From Azolla caroliniana (Eukaryota > Plantae > Polypodiophyta), in contig JBHGNT010000003.1 in the NCBI GenBank assembly GCA_043228905.1, forward strand, positions 11,966,001 to 12,030,000: DNA of 64,000 nt. The letters are read 5' to 3'. The position numbers and the translations under genes were made by a program. This document shows, piece by piece, positions 48,801 through 62,360 of the stretch (position 1 is the first letter of the stretch; each line of letters begins with the position of its first letter). The notes under the pieces are model-generated. The model was not told where the DNA came from and did no database searches. It was given only the letters and a program-made list of their open reading frames with translations.

Positions 48801-49704
48801 CGCGATCCATGAATTCGTTGCGTGTCTTGCATTTCCCAGCGAATTGCGACTACTTAGTCCTGGGTGCTTCGTTGGGTTTGTTATGGTCCTTCTTCGAAGT
48901 GCGTTGATAGCGAAGAACTATTTCAACTACCTCTTTGAAGGATTTTGGATCATTATCGTGCACTATCCAGTGATAGTCCGAATTGGGGATGTCATTGACA
49001 AAACAAGTTATTAACCAATTGTCCCCTTCTAGACCTGATTTTTGGATTTGGGTTCTAGCATGGTGAACATAGTCTTCTAGTGAGGAAAACTTCCTGCTAT
49101 AGAGGTTCATTAAAGCTTGTGCTGCCTCAGTTCGAGAGGGAGGTTGCAGAAATTGGCCCTTGAAAACTGTGACCAAAATGTGTCCAAGTATCGGGCAATT
49201 TCCCCAAAGTACGGAGCCCACGCTAGTAGGCGGCAGTCTTACCCCCTAGTTCTTGGCCGACATATGCAATCTTCGTACTATCTGGCGTGGGATAGAGCTC
49301 AAAATGAGACTCCCATCGGCCCAGCCACGTGGAGATTGCTTCTTCGGTTCTTTCCTTTTTTTCTCCCGTAAACGGTTAACGACAAACGATGGTTCACCGT
49401 GTCGCTCATCAGGTCTATTAGTCTCACGTTGTAAACTAATGACACGTGCCTCGAGAGCACTTTGAGATTGCCGAAGTTCGGTCATCTGTTGAGCGGTGAA
49501 ACTAAGGTATTGGCTTATTTGCGAAAAATACTTCTCAATGGACATTTGTCCAGGAGGATTCCCTTGAGTTCCTTCAACTTGAGCGGATGACATTGGGTCG
49601 TTATTTCGAGCCATTGAATGTTTATTTCTGGAAAAGAAATAGGATAAGGTCAGAGAGACAGTCATAACATCATGTTGTGATGTAAACATATCATGGGCAA
49701 ACAT
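44640..49704 (-). pseudogene. Chromovirus copy 2 gag-pol with chromodomain, degenerate
   Basis: Gag 49246..49704 and 48850..49221; CVFCRKKGHTKEQC, FLFDSGSSHNF (protease), RT 47712..47954, VETDASNYAIG (RNase H), integrase fragments. Confidence 0.9.
45224..45899 (+). mobile_element. Truncated Copia: LTR stub, 3' internal piece and one full LTR
   Basis: TGTTGAGAA start, PPT TTGAGGGGGCG, LTR 45519-45899; TSD TGTAT (45219-45223, 45900-45904); absent from chromovirus copy 1 at ~10797. Confidence 0.85.
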
Positions 49705-51302
49705 TAATCGATATCATGATCTCACGTCAATACCCCTCTAGACGTATGGGATGAGGTTCAAGATCAGGTTACTATGGTAACACAAAGGTGTTTTGAAAAC
49801 CATGGGGGTGACAATTTAATGTCTTTCTCTGATCTCTATATCGATTTTTTTCATGGCGGCTCCCCGAGGCTCAACCATGTATGTTCGTGTCATGAATAGT
49901 TTATACACGAAAAACATGTTAACAATAAACTATGTTTCAGTGCCCACATATGTGGTTTCGGCTCTTTAAGTCCTATTACGAGGACCCCGAAGTGCACTTA
50001 GACCTCAATTCTAAACATGTGTTATAGTCATATGTATCAACGATGTTGTATGGTCTTGGTCATATTTGAACTTGAGACCTCGAGAACAATTGCACTAAAC
50101 ACTTGAGCCAACCAAGTAGGTTGCTCTTCTTGAATGTTTAATGTTTCATGTATATAAGAGATATGCGAGGCATTTGCCCATATATGTTTTTTTTAAAAGA
50201 AACATATATGTCAAGAGTCCTTATTTCCCCCTCGTTTACTACAAAATATGTTGGTACGTTACCTAACCTCAAGTCTTGTAATTACAATGGCATGCGCCAA
50301 AGTGCAACCTAATGGTCAAGCCAAATAAGCCCTCTTTTCGTAGTAGGCCCACGTGGCCCATCACATGGTTACGCCATTACGAATGCCTCTCGTAAGAATG
50401 GTCTCATGGTGGCATCGTCCATGTAACAAGGGAGGGATGTTGGATATGTGTGTCATAGGAGCGACCTCACATGAAGTGGATCAAGCCCTATGTTCTCAAC
50501 TTCATTGTGGCTATAGGCATTTCTTTATTTAATAAAATCGAAGTCGCCAATGGGAATGTTAATAATAATAAATTGTTGAAAAAAGGGATTGTGACCACGC
50601 CATTCTCACAAAAATGTGAGGACGGCAACCAAGATACTTTCCCCGAAAAGGATAACATATAAAGAGCACGTAATATCAAATATACACATATGTTTATTTA
50701 TCACATATATACAGTCAAACACATATACACGTGACCATATATGCATATATTAAAAAAAATCGTAACATCAAATAGCCAACATATGATGAAATCGAGACAC
50801 GTAATCGAGGCATATACCTCTACGCACACAAGACATCCAAAAATAAGGGTTAATACGCAATTGAGGTATTGACCTCTTATGCATACGAGACCAAACGCAT
50901 ATCATTTACAACAAATCGAGATAGTGACCTCATACGCAAACGTAACATATGTTTGTGAACGTAATACGCAATTGAGGTATTAACCTCGTGCGCATACGAC
51001 ACTCATCACATATTCAATATACGTCAAATGAGGTATTGACCTCATACATATATGTAAACGTTTTATACAACCAATGAATTACCACTACAACATCATTGAA
51101 TTAATGAAAAAAATCTACATATTAACCATACACATGATTAGATGGGAGAAGAAAAAATAGACAAAAAAAAACAAGAAAGATTACCGAAGTTCCTTTGTTG
51201 ATCCTTGTCTGCATGAAGGCCGACCGCATGTACATCGATCGCCATTAATCAAGAACAGAAAAGACAACAAAAGAAACATTAGAAAATGAGCTCTGATACC
51301 AA

Positions 51303-52990
51303 CTTTTAGAGACATGGACTAATGTAAGCATTAGATAAGGATAGAATATAGATCTAGATAGAAAAGAGAGAGAGAAAGAAGGGTGTTGATCCACCCGACC
51401 ACCCCCGAGCGAAGGGATCGAGACAGACTCGAGCCTCGATCGGCGTCCCATACCACCGTTGTGGTGTCAAGTCGTACCTGGTGCTGGCACGCTCACTACA
51501 AGAGTTGACCCACCACAAGACAGAGTCTCAACGTAGTCCACAAGACGATCAAATGAGGGTAGCTAGGCCTCTTATTTATAGCGATACCCAAGGCCCCCAG
51601 GCAAGTTCACACTTGGCCTAATGGGTTGTCTCAATCCCGAGGATTAAAAGTAATCCTCCCCTTCTTTACACTCTCGTTTAACCCTCACACTTATCCACGT
51701 GTATAGAATACTACGGTAAATTCTAACAACGGGATATTATATCGTCATGCTCGTAACAACCGATCCACCCGACCACCCCCGAGCGAAGGGATCGAGATAG
51801 ACTTGAGCCTCGATTGGCGTCCCATACCATCGGCGTGGCGTCAAGTTGTACTTGGTGCTGGCGCGCTCGCTACAAAAGTTGATCCACCACGAAACAGAGT
51901 CTCGACGTAGTCAACAAAATGATGAAATGAGGGTAGCTAGCAAGGTTGTTAGGTACGTTAGGTACGGTACGGATACCATACGTATTTAACGTATTAATAC
52001 CCGTATAGTACCTCCCAATTTAAAAATATGTTAAATACGTTTTCTTAATATGTTAAATACTTATCAAATACGTTAAATACGTATTTTACATATAGTACGT
52101 TAAATACTTCTAGAATTTGAAAATTATTTACCTTTCTAAAAAATATCTATAATATTGTAAAAAACATCTATGTTTACACAATTTTGTGACGTACAATATA
52201 GTTCTATATCCTAAAATGCATATAAGACATTTGAACATTTCACATCCTAAAATATTTGTAGTAATATAGATGTTAGCATTCCCTTATTCTATAAATCAGT
52301 GTAAGTGTGTATCACGATGTTCTACTTCAAATTGTAATTATTTACAATTATGCCTTCATAGATTGACGAATCGTCTACGATTATCACGTTCATGATAGGT
52401 TTCTCTTTTCTTCGTTTTCTTCTTCTTCTTCTTCTTCTTCTTCTTCTATCTTTTGCGATTATCACACTCAAGACAAGTTTATGTCTTCTTTTCTCTCTCC
52501 TTCTTCTTCCTCTTCATCTTCTTAATCGTCGTCTCTTCTATTCTTCTTTCTTCCTTCCTTTGGCTTCTTTTTCACGAAAATCTTTTTTTTCTTTTGCATT
52601 TTGTTAGGGTTTTACTTACATTCTCTTTATAAATACGTATTATACCTATTTTTTATAAATACGTTAAATACCATATTGGACAAACGTACATGATATTTGA
52701 CTAAACAACATTGAGGTATAGTACGTATTATACAAATGATGAGGTACTATACGTATTTAAACGTTAAATACGGGTACGTAAACAACCATGGTAGCTAGGC
52801 CTCTTATTTATAGCAATACCCAAGGCCCCCAGGCAAGTTCACACTTGGCGTAATGGGTTGTCTCAATCCAGAGGATTAAAAGTAATCCTCCCCTTCTTTA
52901 CACTCTCATTTCACCCTCACACGTATCCACGTGTCTAGAATAGTACGGTAAATTCTCACCACGGGATATTATATGGTCATGCCCGTAACA
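51303..52990 (-). mobile_element. Chromovirus 5' LTR with partial tandem duplication
   Basis: PBS (plus-strand GAGCTCTGATACCA, ~51288-51301); LTR to 51758, then a partial second copy 51759-52990 interrupted by a MITE. Confidence 0.8.
51941..52790. mobile_element. Non-autonomous hAT-type element (MITE-like, 850 bp)
   Basis: Termini CAAGGTTGTT / AACAACCATG; 8-bp TSD GTAGCTAG (51933-51940, 52791-52798); subterminal ACGTATTTAA/TTAAATACGT repeats; AT-rich, no transposase. Confidence 0.88.
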
Positions 52991-53480
52991 AAGAACCAGA
53001 CAATTGTAGAGGCAGCCAGGACAATGTTGGACGAGAAGAGCATGTCAATGTTCTATTGTGCCAAAGCCACTAGGATGGTTGTCTACATCTAGAATTGGAT
53101 TTATACACATGGAGCCAAAGTGTGCTGCATGAGATGTATTTTGGAAGGAAGTCGAATTTGGCACACTGGAGGGTGTTTCGCAATATAGCATATGTGCACC
53201 TACCTTATGAGAAATGGAAGAATCTTGATGCCAAAGTTGAGAAATGTATATTGGTCGTCTACTTGCATGAGCAGAAGGGATATAAGTGTTATAACCCTTG
53301 GACTAAATAGGTGTGAGTAAGCCGCGATGTCGTCTTTTTTATCGGCTTCGTGGTACTCACTTCTGGCTACTCCGATTGTTACCCTTAGGAAGCTCACAAG
53401 TGGAAGGGCCAGAGGAGTGACATGTGGAAGATCCGAAGTTGATTCGAATGATGCCGAATCCGACAAAGGGAAAAGACAAT
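52991..53480 (+). pseudogene. Copia A integrase continuation
   Basis: Reads KNQTIVEAARTML...RVFRNIAYVH...KCILV...KGYKCYNP, continuing from 9841. Confidence 0.8.
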
Positions 53481-54689
53481 ATGAACAAAGTTGAATCGGA
53501 TACCAAAACGGTGCTTATGTAACCCTGCATCCTTACCTATAAAAAGGAGCATGAACATTGTATTCAAATGTATGTTAATCAATTGTGTATTGCCTTACAT
53601 TTCTGCTTACATTACCATAGTATGTTTGTGTTAATCTCTTATGTTAATTTTTGTGTGATGGACCGGTTGGCGGTGTAGCCGATCTGGATCGTTGTTAGTG
53701 TCTGATTCGGACTGTGCAATTGTTATTCTGGGTCGGATTGTGTGAAGATCTGCCGAACCCTATTCATTCAGGAACTATAACCTAATTTGACTATTACCAA
53801 TTTCTCATTATTGTCTATGAAACTTTGCCATCATTCTTACCACGATCTTTGGTGAAGGTTACTTAGTAATTGAGTATCCGATCGTGCTCCTAGGGATTAG
53901 GAACACAAAAAATTTATTCCGGGTCAGTGATAGTTTCCCTATCACCTTACCCAGTTCCGGTCGTGGTGCTGGTGCTAGTTTTCTTGTTGCTTTGGCCGAT
54001 TCCAGTGATGGTTTTGCTTCTACGGGTTTGGCTTCCTCCTCCGCTTCCTTTGCTCTCTGCCACTGATTTTTTAGGTTTCAATGGTCTCAGAGCATCTTGA
54101 AGGACCTCCTCTTGCCATTCATCCTCCAGAGTTTCTAACATCTCCAAGAGCTTAGACTTCTTCCGCGTTACTGCGTCCTCATCTTGTCGGCGCTTCTTGA
54201 TTGCTTCTATTGCCAACCACGGTGGCGCCAACATGGACAACCATTATGCCACTATTGGCATTGCTTTCTTACCGTTCTAGATTGTGATGTGTGATGATTG
54301 CTTGGTGTAAAGCATCTGCCGCGATCATCACCCAATCAACCGGTGCTTCTTCGTAAGCCGTGATGATGAAGCCTGCATGATTCTTGGCTTGGACGTAGGC
54401 TTTGAATGTAGAAATCCCACCACCAACAACAATTTAGCAACTTCGTTGAACAACAAATCTCATCCACCCTGTGTGCGGTATGCCTTTGATGCCGCCACGT
54501 ATTCTCCGAAATATCCTTCCAAAACTTCATCATATAGATTTTCCACCAATCATAGCCCCCCTCATGGTATTCTGACCACTGTTTGCAGGATTACAACATA
54601 TTAGCAATCAACATTAATCTTTACTGCGATAGCCACTGGTGCAGGGTGTAGCACCACTTCGGCCACTATGAGTAGGCCGGATATTGGAC

Positions 54690-55110
54690 TTGAACCTCGT
54701 TCAATATGCCCAAAGTGCACTATGAAGTGTTGAATCCCAATCTGTCCAATTTTCATTCACAATCTTCCTCAAAATCATTTGCAACATCTTATTTGTGGAC
54801 TCCACCAGTCCGTTTGCTTGCAGATAGTACGAGGTGCTCTTTTTGTGGGCATCAACAGAATAAGACGTTAATCCGTCAATGACCTTATTAATGAAATTCC
54901 CTCCTTGATAACTTACCAATTTGATCGGACAGCCGAATCGGCACCAGATGTATTCGTAAAGGAACTTGGCCATGGACGTTGTCGTGTTATCCCGGAGCAT
55001 TTTTGCCTCTACCCACTTTGTACAATAATATGTAGCTACTATGATGTAGTGATTGCTAGTTCATGTTGCTCCTGGCTTGAAGGGTCCTACAAAGTCAAAT
55101 CTATCAGGGA
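54690..55110 (-). pseudogene. Gypsy integrase core fragment
   Basis: IWCRFGCP...YYLQANGLVESTNK...WDSTLHSALWAY. Confidence 0.75.
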
Positions 55111-55202
55111 TAGTACAAGAGCGAGGAGAATTAGTACTAAAGATAGAGGAGAAGAATGACGATTAGTACTACGAATGGAAAGAGTGTGTGAGAATCACAA
55201 GA

Positions 55203-55207
<5 letters not shown>

Positions 55208-55250
<43 letters not shown>
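55208..55250 (+). repeat. (GA)n microsatellite
   Basis: About 21 GA units seen directly. Confidence 0.9.
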
Positions 55251-55253
<3 letters not shown>

Positions 55254-55289
55254 TGATGACAACAAGAAGTATATTATATTATATGAAGA

Positions 55290-57516
55290 AACCTTGAAGC
55301 AAGCATTTACATCTGCTCCCATTTTGGTCCATGTTGACCTCGAAAAGCCGTTTATCATAGAAGCAAATGCATCTGATTTTGCACGAGGAATTGTTTTATC
55401 ACAAATAGTGCACGATGAGAAATTGCATCCACTTTCATTTCATTCAAGAAAGTTTGAACCTATAGAATTCAATTATGAAATCCATGACAAAGAATTGTTG
55501 GCAATTGTTGATTCTTTTGAACAATGGCGTCACTTCTTGGAAGGTTCTCCCCACAAAATTATTGTTTACAATGATCATAAAAACCTCACATACTTTCAAA
55601 ATGCTTGAGTCCTAAATCGACGAAAAGCTCCGTGGGCACAATTTCTGACATGGTTCAAGTTTGTGATAACATATCAACTAGGAATACAACAAGGTAAAGC
55701 TAACGCCTTATCACAACTCTCTTATTTTGCACCAAAACCGAGGGACCCAACTTATGACCATCAAGAACAAGTCCTTTTGAGCCCTAGTCGTCTACGATTA
55801 ATGGTGACAAATGTTTCTGAGTCAACTTTAGATTCAAAATTTCTTGATTTTATTCATGCGAGCATTGGTTCATATGATTTTGCACAAGATATTTTAGACC
55901 ACATTGTTCCAAATCGCGCTTCTTTTTCACACTCCAAGTTTTCCTGAATGGATTATGGGAACTTTAGTTAGCATGATGGGTTGCTTTTTCAGAACAACCG
56001 TACTTATATTCCCAATGGACCTTCTCGACTCGAAGTCTTGTAGCACTACCATGATTCACCAGTAGCTAGATATTTCGGAGTTTTGAAAACATTGGAGCTA
56101 GTTACCCAAAACTATTGGTGACCTCAAATTCGTCAATTTGACATAGACTATGTTTCTACTTGTGATGTATGTTCTCGATCAAAGATGCCTTGACATCGGC
56201 CATATGGTTTGTTGCACCCATTGCCTATTCCAGGTGGTTCGTGGAAATACATTTCGATAAATTTCATCACAGATCTCCCATCTTACCAAGTTTATGATGC
56301 TATTCTTATAGTGGTGTATCGTTTTACGAAAATGGCACACTTTCGTCCATGTAGAAAGATTTTTACTTGTCAGGAAACGACAAATCTTGTTATGCGAGAA
56401 GTTTTCAAGCATCGTGGCCTTCCAGATGAAATTATTAGTGATCGTGGGCCACAATTTATTGCAAAGTTTTGGACACACTTACTTGAGATCCTTAGAATTT
56501 GTCATAAACTATCTTCAAGCTACCATCCTCAAACCGATGGTCAAACAGAATGCACAAGTCAAACATTAGAACAATATCTCTGTTGCTTTATCAATTATCA
56601 ACAAGATGATTGGGTGGATTTCTTACATATGGTAGAATTTGCTTACAATAATTCTATCCATTCTTCTATAGGATTCACTCCATTCTTTGCAAACACGGGA
56701 TATCATCCTCGTTGGATGATGCTCGAATATCCAAAAGTCTCAAACAATCCTGTTGTCAAAGATCGTCTAGAACAACTCAAAGAAGTTCAAGCCAACCTTT
56801 CTGATAATTTGCTTCATGCTCAAGCTAATTACAAGAAGGTGGCAGACTTGAGGACCCTAAGTTTAAAGTTGGTGATCGGGTATGGTTATTACGTTGTAAG
56901 GTGAAAACTACTAGACCATGTGACAAATTGGATTTCCAACATCGAGGTCCATTTGTAATCTCTTGTCAAGTCAACAAGGTTGCATTTCGTTTGGACTTGC
57001 CTTCACATATGCATCTTCCTCTAGTGTTTCATGTTTCATTGTTAGAACCATGGACATCAAGTTCTATCCCAAATTGGGTTATTCCACCACCTCCTCCAGT
57101 TCTACTTGCGGAAGGACCAAAATATGAGGTAGAAGCTATTTTGGACTCCAAGGTCATTCGCAATAAGTTATATTATCTAGTAGATTGGCTTGGATACATG
57201 CATGAGGATCGAACATGGAACCCGCATCGAATGTCACTAATGCCTCTAAACTTATACATGAGGTGATGAACCTTGTTCATGCATTGCGACTCATGGAACT
57301 CGTCGTCAAAGGAGGGGATGATGTCACAGAATGTCAATATCAAGATTTGAACTTGGAACCTTCAACCTTAAAACAAGGGTCTCACACTTTAATGAGGACA
57401 CCAACTTATTTTAAGGAATAAATATATTTTCATATTATTAGTATTCAAGAATTATGGGCACTAGACACAATAGATGACCATCAATTGGCATGCATGGAAG
57501 TACACCAAGTGGCACA
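55290..57516 (+). mobile_element. 3' part of another chromodomain Gypsy (RNase H, integrase, chromodomain, start of 3' LTR)
   Basis: FIIEANASDFA, IISDRGPQF, YHPQTDGQTE, YEVEAILDS...YYLVDWLGY; PPT AAAGGAGGGGATGA, then LTR TGTCAC at ~57322. Confidence 0.85.
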
Positions 57517-57786
57517 TGACGGGAACTCAAGGCTCCTTATACGCGACGCTCGGCCACAACTGAGCTTAGAATCATACACAGAAAACGGGAAATAATGAAC
57601 ACGACACGAAGAAGAGACGAGTACGCAGGATGTTTACGTGGAAAACCCAAACTAAGGGAAAAACCACGGCAGCCCACAGGCTGCAAACTATCACTATGCT
57701 AGAATGTACAACAGTGAGTTCACGGAGGCAACGACCTCGTGCTCACAATCTTCGCCACAGGCGGCGGTTACAACAGAAGCAACGAC

Positions 57787-57823
<37 letters not shown>

Positions 57824-58010
57824 CACAGTTACGCACTGTCTCTCTACTTGCACCAACAAGAATGACAGCTACTACAACAGTGAGCTAAAAGTTTTCCCTA
57901 AGTCATATTTATACTAATATGACTTTTCAGCTATTTACAAATATAGCCTTGATGGACTCTCAAAAACATATTTACGAATATGTCTCTTCATCCGGTGAGC
58001 ATTCCGCACC

Positions 58011-58275
58011 GGGTCTGCACCATCCGGCTCTCCGTAGCCAGGTACTTCTCATCCGGTTCTCACCGGGTCTGCACCATCCGGCTCTCCGTAACCGGGTACT
58101 CCTCATCCGGTTCTCACCGGGTCTGCACCATCCGGCTCTCTGTAACCGGGTACTCCTTATCCGGTTCTCACCGGGTCTGCACCATCCGGCTCTCCGTAAC
58201 CGGGTACTCCTCATCCGGTTCTCACCAAGTCTGCACCATCCAGCTCTCTATAGCCGGGTACTCCTCATACGGTTT
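58011..58275. repeat. 54-bp tandem repeat in Copia LTR (5 copies)
   Basis: GGGTCTGCACCATCCGGCTCTCCGTA...CCGGTTCTCACC at 58011, 58065, 58119, 58173 and 58227; 4 copies at 62874-63085, 3 copies at ~4620-4775. Confidence 0.9.
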
Positions 58276-58356
58276 CGGCCTCGGCCGAGTTTGTTCATCA
58301 GTACTGATCTTCTCCCTTCCCATCCGGAGGGACCTGTCTCCCATCAAACTCCCCCT

Positions 58357-61300
58357 TCACTCCGGCATGGGGTGTCTTTCTAGTCCGATCCTCTTCCGGC
58401 ATGCATCCAGCTTGTCGGGTATCAGCACTTTGGTCAGCATATCTGACCCGTTCTCGGTCGTGTGGATCTTCGTCAACGCGAACTCCGGGTCATCTACCCT
58501 CTCCCGGATCCAGTGATACCTTCGCTGGATATGCTTCGTCCGGAAATGGTAGGCCGCATTCTTAGCAAGGTGGATGGCACTTTGACTGTCGCAATAGAGC
58601 CGGTATTCATCTTGCCGGATACCGAGCTCCCCGATGAATTCCTTCATCCATAAGATTTCTTGCCGGCTTCCACAGCCGCCATGTACTCCACCTCTGTGGT
58701 TGACAACGCAACCGTCTTCTGCAGCCTCGATTGCCATGAAACAGCTCCCCCTGCATATATCATTACATACCCGGATGTAGACCGGCTGGTATCCACATCA
58801 GCCGACATGTCCGAATCGGTAAAACCGTCAAGTTGAGGTTTTCCGGAGCGGAATCAGAGAAACATATTTGAAGTGCCCTTCAAATACCAGAGTATCCATT
58901 TGACCGCGTTCCAGTGCTCCTTGCCGGGATTGATCATGAACCGGCTCACCACTCTGACTGCGTATCCTATATCTGGTCGGGTACACACCATTGTGTATAT
59001 TAAGCTCCCGACGGCAGAGGCATATGGAATCTTCATCATATCCGCCTTCTCTGCTTTCGTCTTCGGGCTTTGCTTACCGGATAACCTGCAGTTTGCTGGA
59101 AGTGTCGATCCGACCGGTTTCGCGTCTGACATGTTGAACCGATGAAGCACCTTTGTCACGTACTTTTCCTGTGACAGCCATAATTGCTTCGTTAACCGGT
59201 TCCGGATGATGTGCATCCCCAGCATCTGTCTTGCCGGACCCAAGTCTTTCATTGAGAAGGTCCAGTTGAGAGCCTTCTTCAGCATCCGTATTTTGACTTG
59301 ATCCCGTCCGACGATCAACATGTCATCCACATACAGAAGGAGTATCAGGAAGTCGCCTCCTTCAAACTTCTTCACAAACACACAGTGATCGGCCTGCGTC
59401 TTGTGGTACCCTTGATCGGTCATGAAGGAGTCGAACTTCCAGTACCATTGCTGGGGGGCCTGCTTCAACCCGTAGAGGCTCTTCTTCAACCAGCAAACCA
59501 GGTGCTCCTTCCCTTTCTCCACAAATCCTTCCGGTTGCTGCATGTAGATCTCCTCTTCGAGGTCGCTGTGAAGGAATGTCATCTTCACGTCCAGCTGCTC
59601 TACCTTGAGGTCCATGCTTGCTACTATACTCAGCACCGTCCGGATGGAGGTCATCTTTACTACCGGGGCAAATATCTCGTCGAACTCCACGCCCTTCTTC
59701 TGTTGGAACCCCTTCACCACGATCCTGGCTTTGTATCTCGGGGGGTTGTCGGCATCTCCCGGTTTCAACTTGTACACCCACTTATTTCGGAGTGCCCGCT
59801 TTCCTCTCGGCAAATCCACCAACTCGTACGTATGGTTCTCATGCAAGGAATCCATCTCATCCTGCATGGCACTTAACCATTTGTGGTTGTGGGTGTCATC
59901 CTTCGCTTCTTCGAAGCTTTCCGGCTCCCCCTCATCGGTCAGCAGCACATGCTCTACATCCGGAAATCTCCGGGGGGCCCTTCTCTCTCTGAGAGGATAT
60001 CTCCGTCGTCGGGCTTCGGTAACCGGCTCTTCCATTTGCTCTTCATCTGAATCCGATTCGGGGTCTTGGCCGGTTCTGGTTTCAGCTTCCTCTACTTCTT
60101 CTTCAGCCTATTCGGTATCGTGACCGTAACCGGCTAGTCCCTCAAGTTCTAACCAGTCTCTTGCCGGTTGGGTCTGCTCATCGTAGAGTCGATCCTTACC
60201 GGTCAACTTGGAGTTCATTATCTTCTTCTCTGACTCCCAGTCGGCGAGCGTCTTGTCCTTCATGAAGATAATATCTCGACTCTGGAATACCTTCTTGTCG
60301 ACCAGGTCCCACACTCGGTAGCCGAACTCATCATCACCGTAACCGAGGAATATGCATGGCCAGGTCTTTGGATCTAACTTTCCTCTCTGGTCCTTAGCTA
60401 CATGCACGTACGCGAGACACCTGAACATCTTCAGATGCCGGTAGGATACTTCCTTACCGGTCCACACTCTCTGTGGCGTGTCTCCGCCCAAGGGTACTGA
60501 GGGTGATCTATTTATCACATATGTCGTCGTCGACAGTGCCTCAGCCCAAAACTTCTTGGGTAATTTTGCATGCGCTAGCATACTCCGGACCCTCTCCATT
60601 ATGGTCTAGTTCATCTTCTCGGCCAGCCCGTTTAGTTCCAGCGTCTTCAGCACGGTAAATTCGAGCCGGATTCCCTTCGAGCGGCAGTACTCCTCGAACT
60701 GCCCCCGGTATTCTCCTCCGTTATCTGCTCGAACCGCCTTCAGCTTCCGGTCGGTTTCTCTTTCCACTCTCGCGTGGAGCTCTTTGAAGACGGATAGCAC
60801 TTGGTCCTTTGTCTTCAACGGTGTGGCCCACAGCTTTCGGCTGTGGTCATCTATGAACGTCACGAAGTACTGCACTCTGGCATGTGACTTCGTGTCTACT
60901 TGACACACATCCGTATGCACCAACTCCAGTGGTGCATTACGTCTCATCGGTGGCCTTGATCGGAAGGAGGTCCGGTTTTGCTTACCGGCCAGACAATCAG
61001 TGCACTTCTCCAAGTGCACATTCTTCACTGGAATGAGGTTGTCGTCTGCAAGCATCTTCATCCCCTTCTCGCTCATATGACACAGCCTCTTGTGCCACAG
61101 CTCACCGGCAGTGTCGGATGCAACGTTCACTTCTTCCGGACATAACCGGGCATTCATCAAGTACAACGTGTTTACCTTCCGGGCCCGAGCCACAATCAGG
61201 CTCCCTTTGCTGAACTTCATGACACCATTCCGGATGCTACCCGTGTAGCCTTCATCATCTAGCCGACCGGCTGATATCAGGTTCAGTCGAACCTCTGGAA

Positions 61301-62360
61301 CGTGTCGAACATCCTTCAGCAACAACTTGCATCCGGTTGGTGTTGTCAGCCACACGTCTCCTATGCCGACAATTCGGCATGTACCTTCATTCCCCATCCA
61401 GAGTAGGATGAGAAGGTGGAACGACGCTCCGGAGTCTACCACCCAAGTCATCCCGTCGCCGGCAAGGTTTATCTCACTCTCCTCAGTGATGAGCATCAAC
61501 TCTTCTTCACTTGCCGCGATTGCCGTCGTCCCCTTCCGGTCCGTTCCCCTCCGGTCTTTACCGTTCCGGTCCGGTATCCGCTTCGGATCGGTACCGTCGG
61601 TTTCCTTGTCCTTTCGGAAATGCCGACAGTTCTTCTGGAAGTGTCTCGGCTTGCCGCAATAGAAGCAAGTAGGCCTCCCCCTTGACTTTGACCGTGTCCC
61701 CGACTTCTCCCGGTTCTGGGGACTACGGTTTCTATGTCTTCCACGTTCCGATTCGGTAAGGAGCGCTTTGGAGTCGGAGCTCGTATCTTTACCCTTCCAA
61801 CGCGCCTCCTCATCTAGCAAGCTCGACTTTACTCTTGCTAGGGATAACCGTTTTCCTTTCGGCCCAGCGTTGCCCAAAGTGACAACCAACGTCTCCCAGC
61901 TATCCGAGAGGGAACCGAACAGGAGTGGTGCTAGTACCTCATCGGCGAGAGGTACCTCCAATGATGTTGCCTGGTGGATCAGCCCCTGGAAGGCATTCAT
62001 GTGCTCCGCCATGCTAGAGCCATCTTGGTACCGGAGTCTTACTAGCTTCCGGAATACCGAAACCTGATTAACAACATTTTTGTTTTGAAACATTATGCCG
62101 ATCTTCTCCCAGAGCTCATGAGCCTTGCTCTCTTCATCGAAGTTGTTGTACAAGCTCATGTCGATGAAGCACCGTATGTACGCCGTGGTCTTCATGTGCA
62201 TCACCTCCCATATCGCAGCGTCGATTTTGTCTAGTCTCTTGTCCCCGAACTGAACCGGCAGCCAGAGGTCTTTAACCACGAGCATGTCCCTCATCTTCGA
62301 CTTCCACACTGAATAGTTGGAGCCGGTGAGCTTGAACATGCCACCAAACGATTCGTCCAT
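58357..62360 (-). pseudogene. Copia E gag-pol broken by stops and frameshifts
   Basis: ORFs 60606..62360, 60108..60599, 58854..60035 and 58357..58737 give Gag-PR-IN-RT(YVDD)-RH in order. Confidence 0.92.

Larger units (their letters stand above)
9842..52990 (-). mobile_element. Tandem dimer of a chromodomain Ty3/Gypsy (chromovirus) element with nested insertions
   Basis: LTR copies at ~9842-10225, ~44162-44631 and ~51303-52990; two colinear internal regions; TSD AAGAA at 9837-9841 and 52991-52995; Copia A integrase resumes right after 52995. Confidence 0.8.

Noticed and set aside
52392-52607. Hydrophobic Leu/Phe-rich ORF
   Set aside because: Translation of a (CTT)n pyrimidine tract inside the MITE.
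57919-58516. Repetitive ORFs in LTRs (PGLHHPALRNRVLLIRFS)n
   Set aside because: A 54-bp repeat is a multiple of 3 and keeps frames open; these are LTR non-coding repeats.
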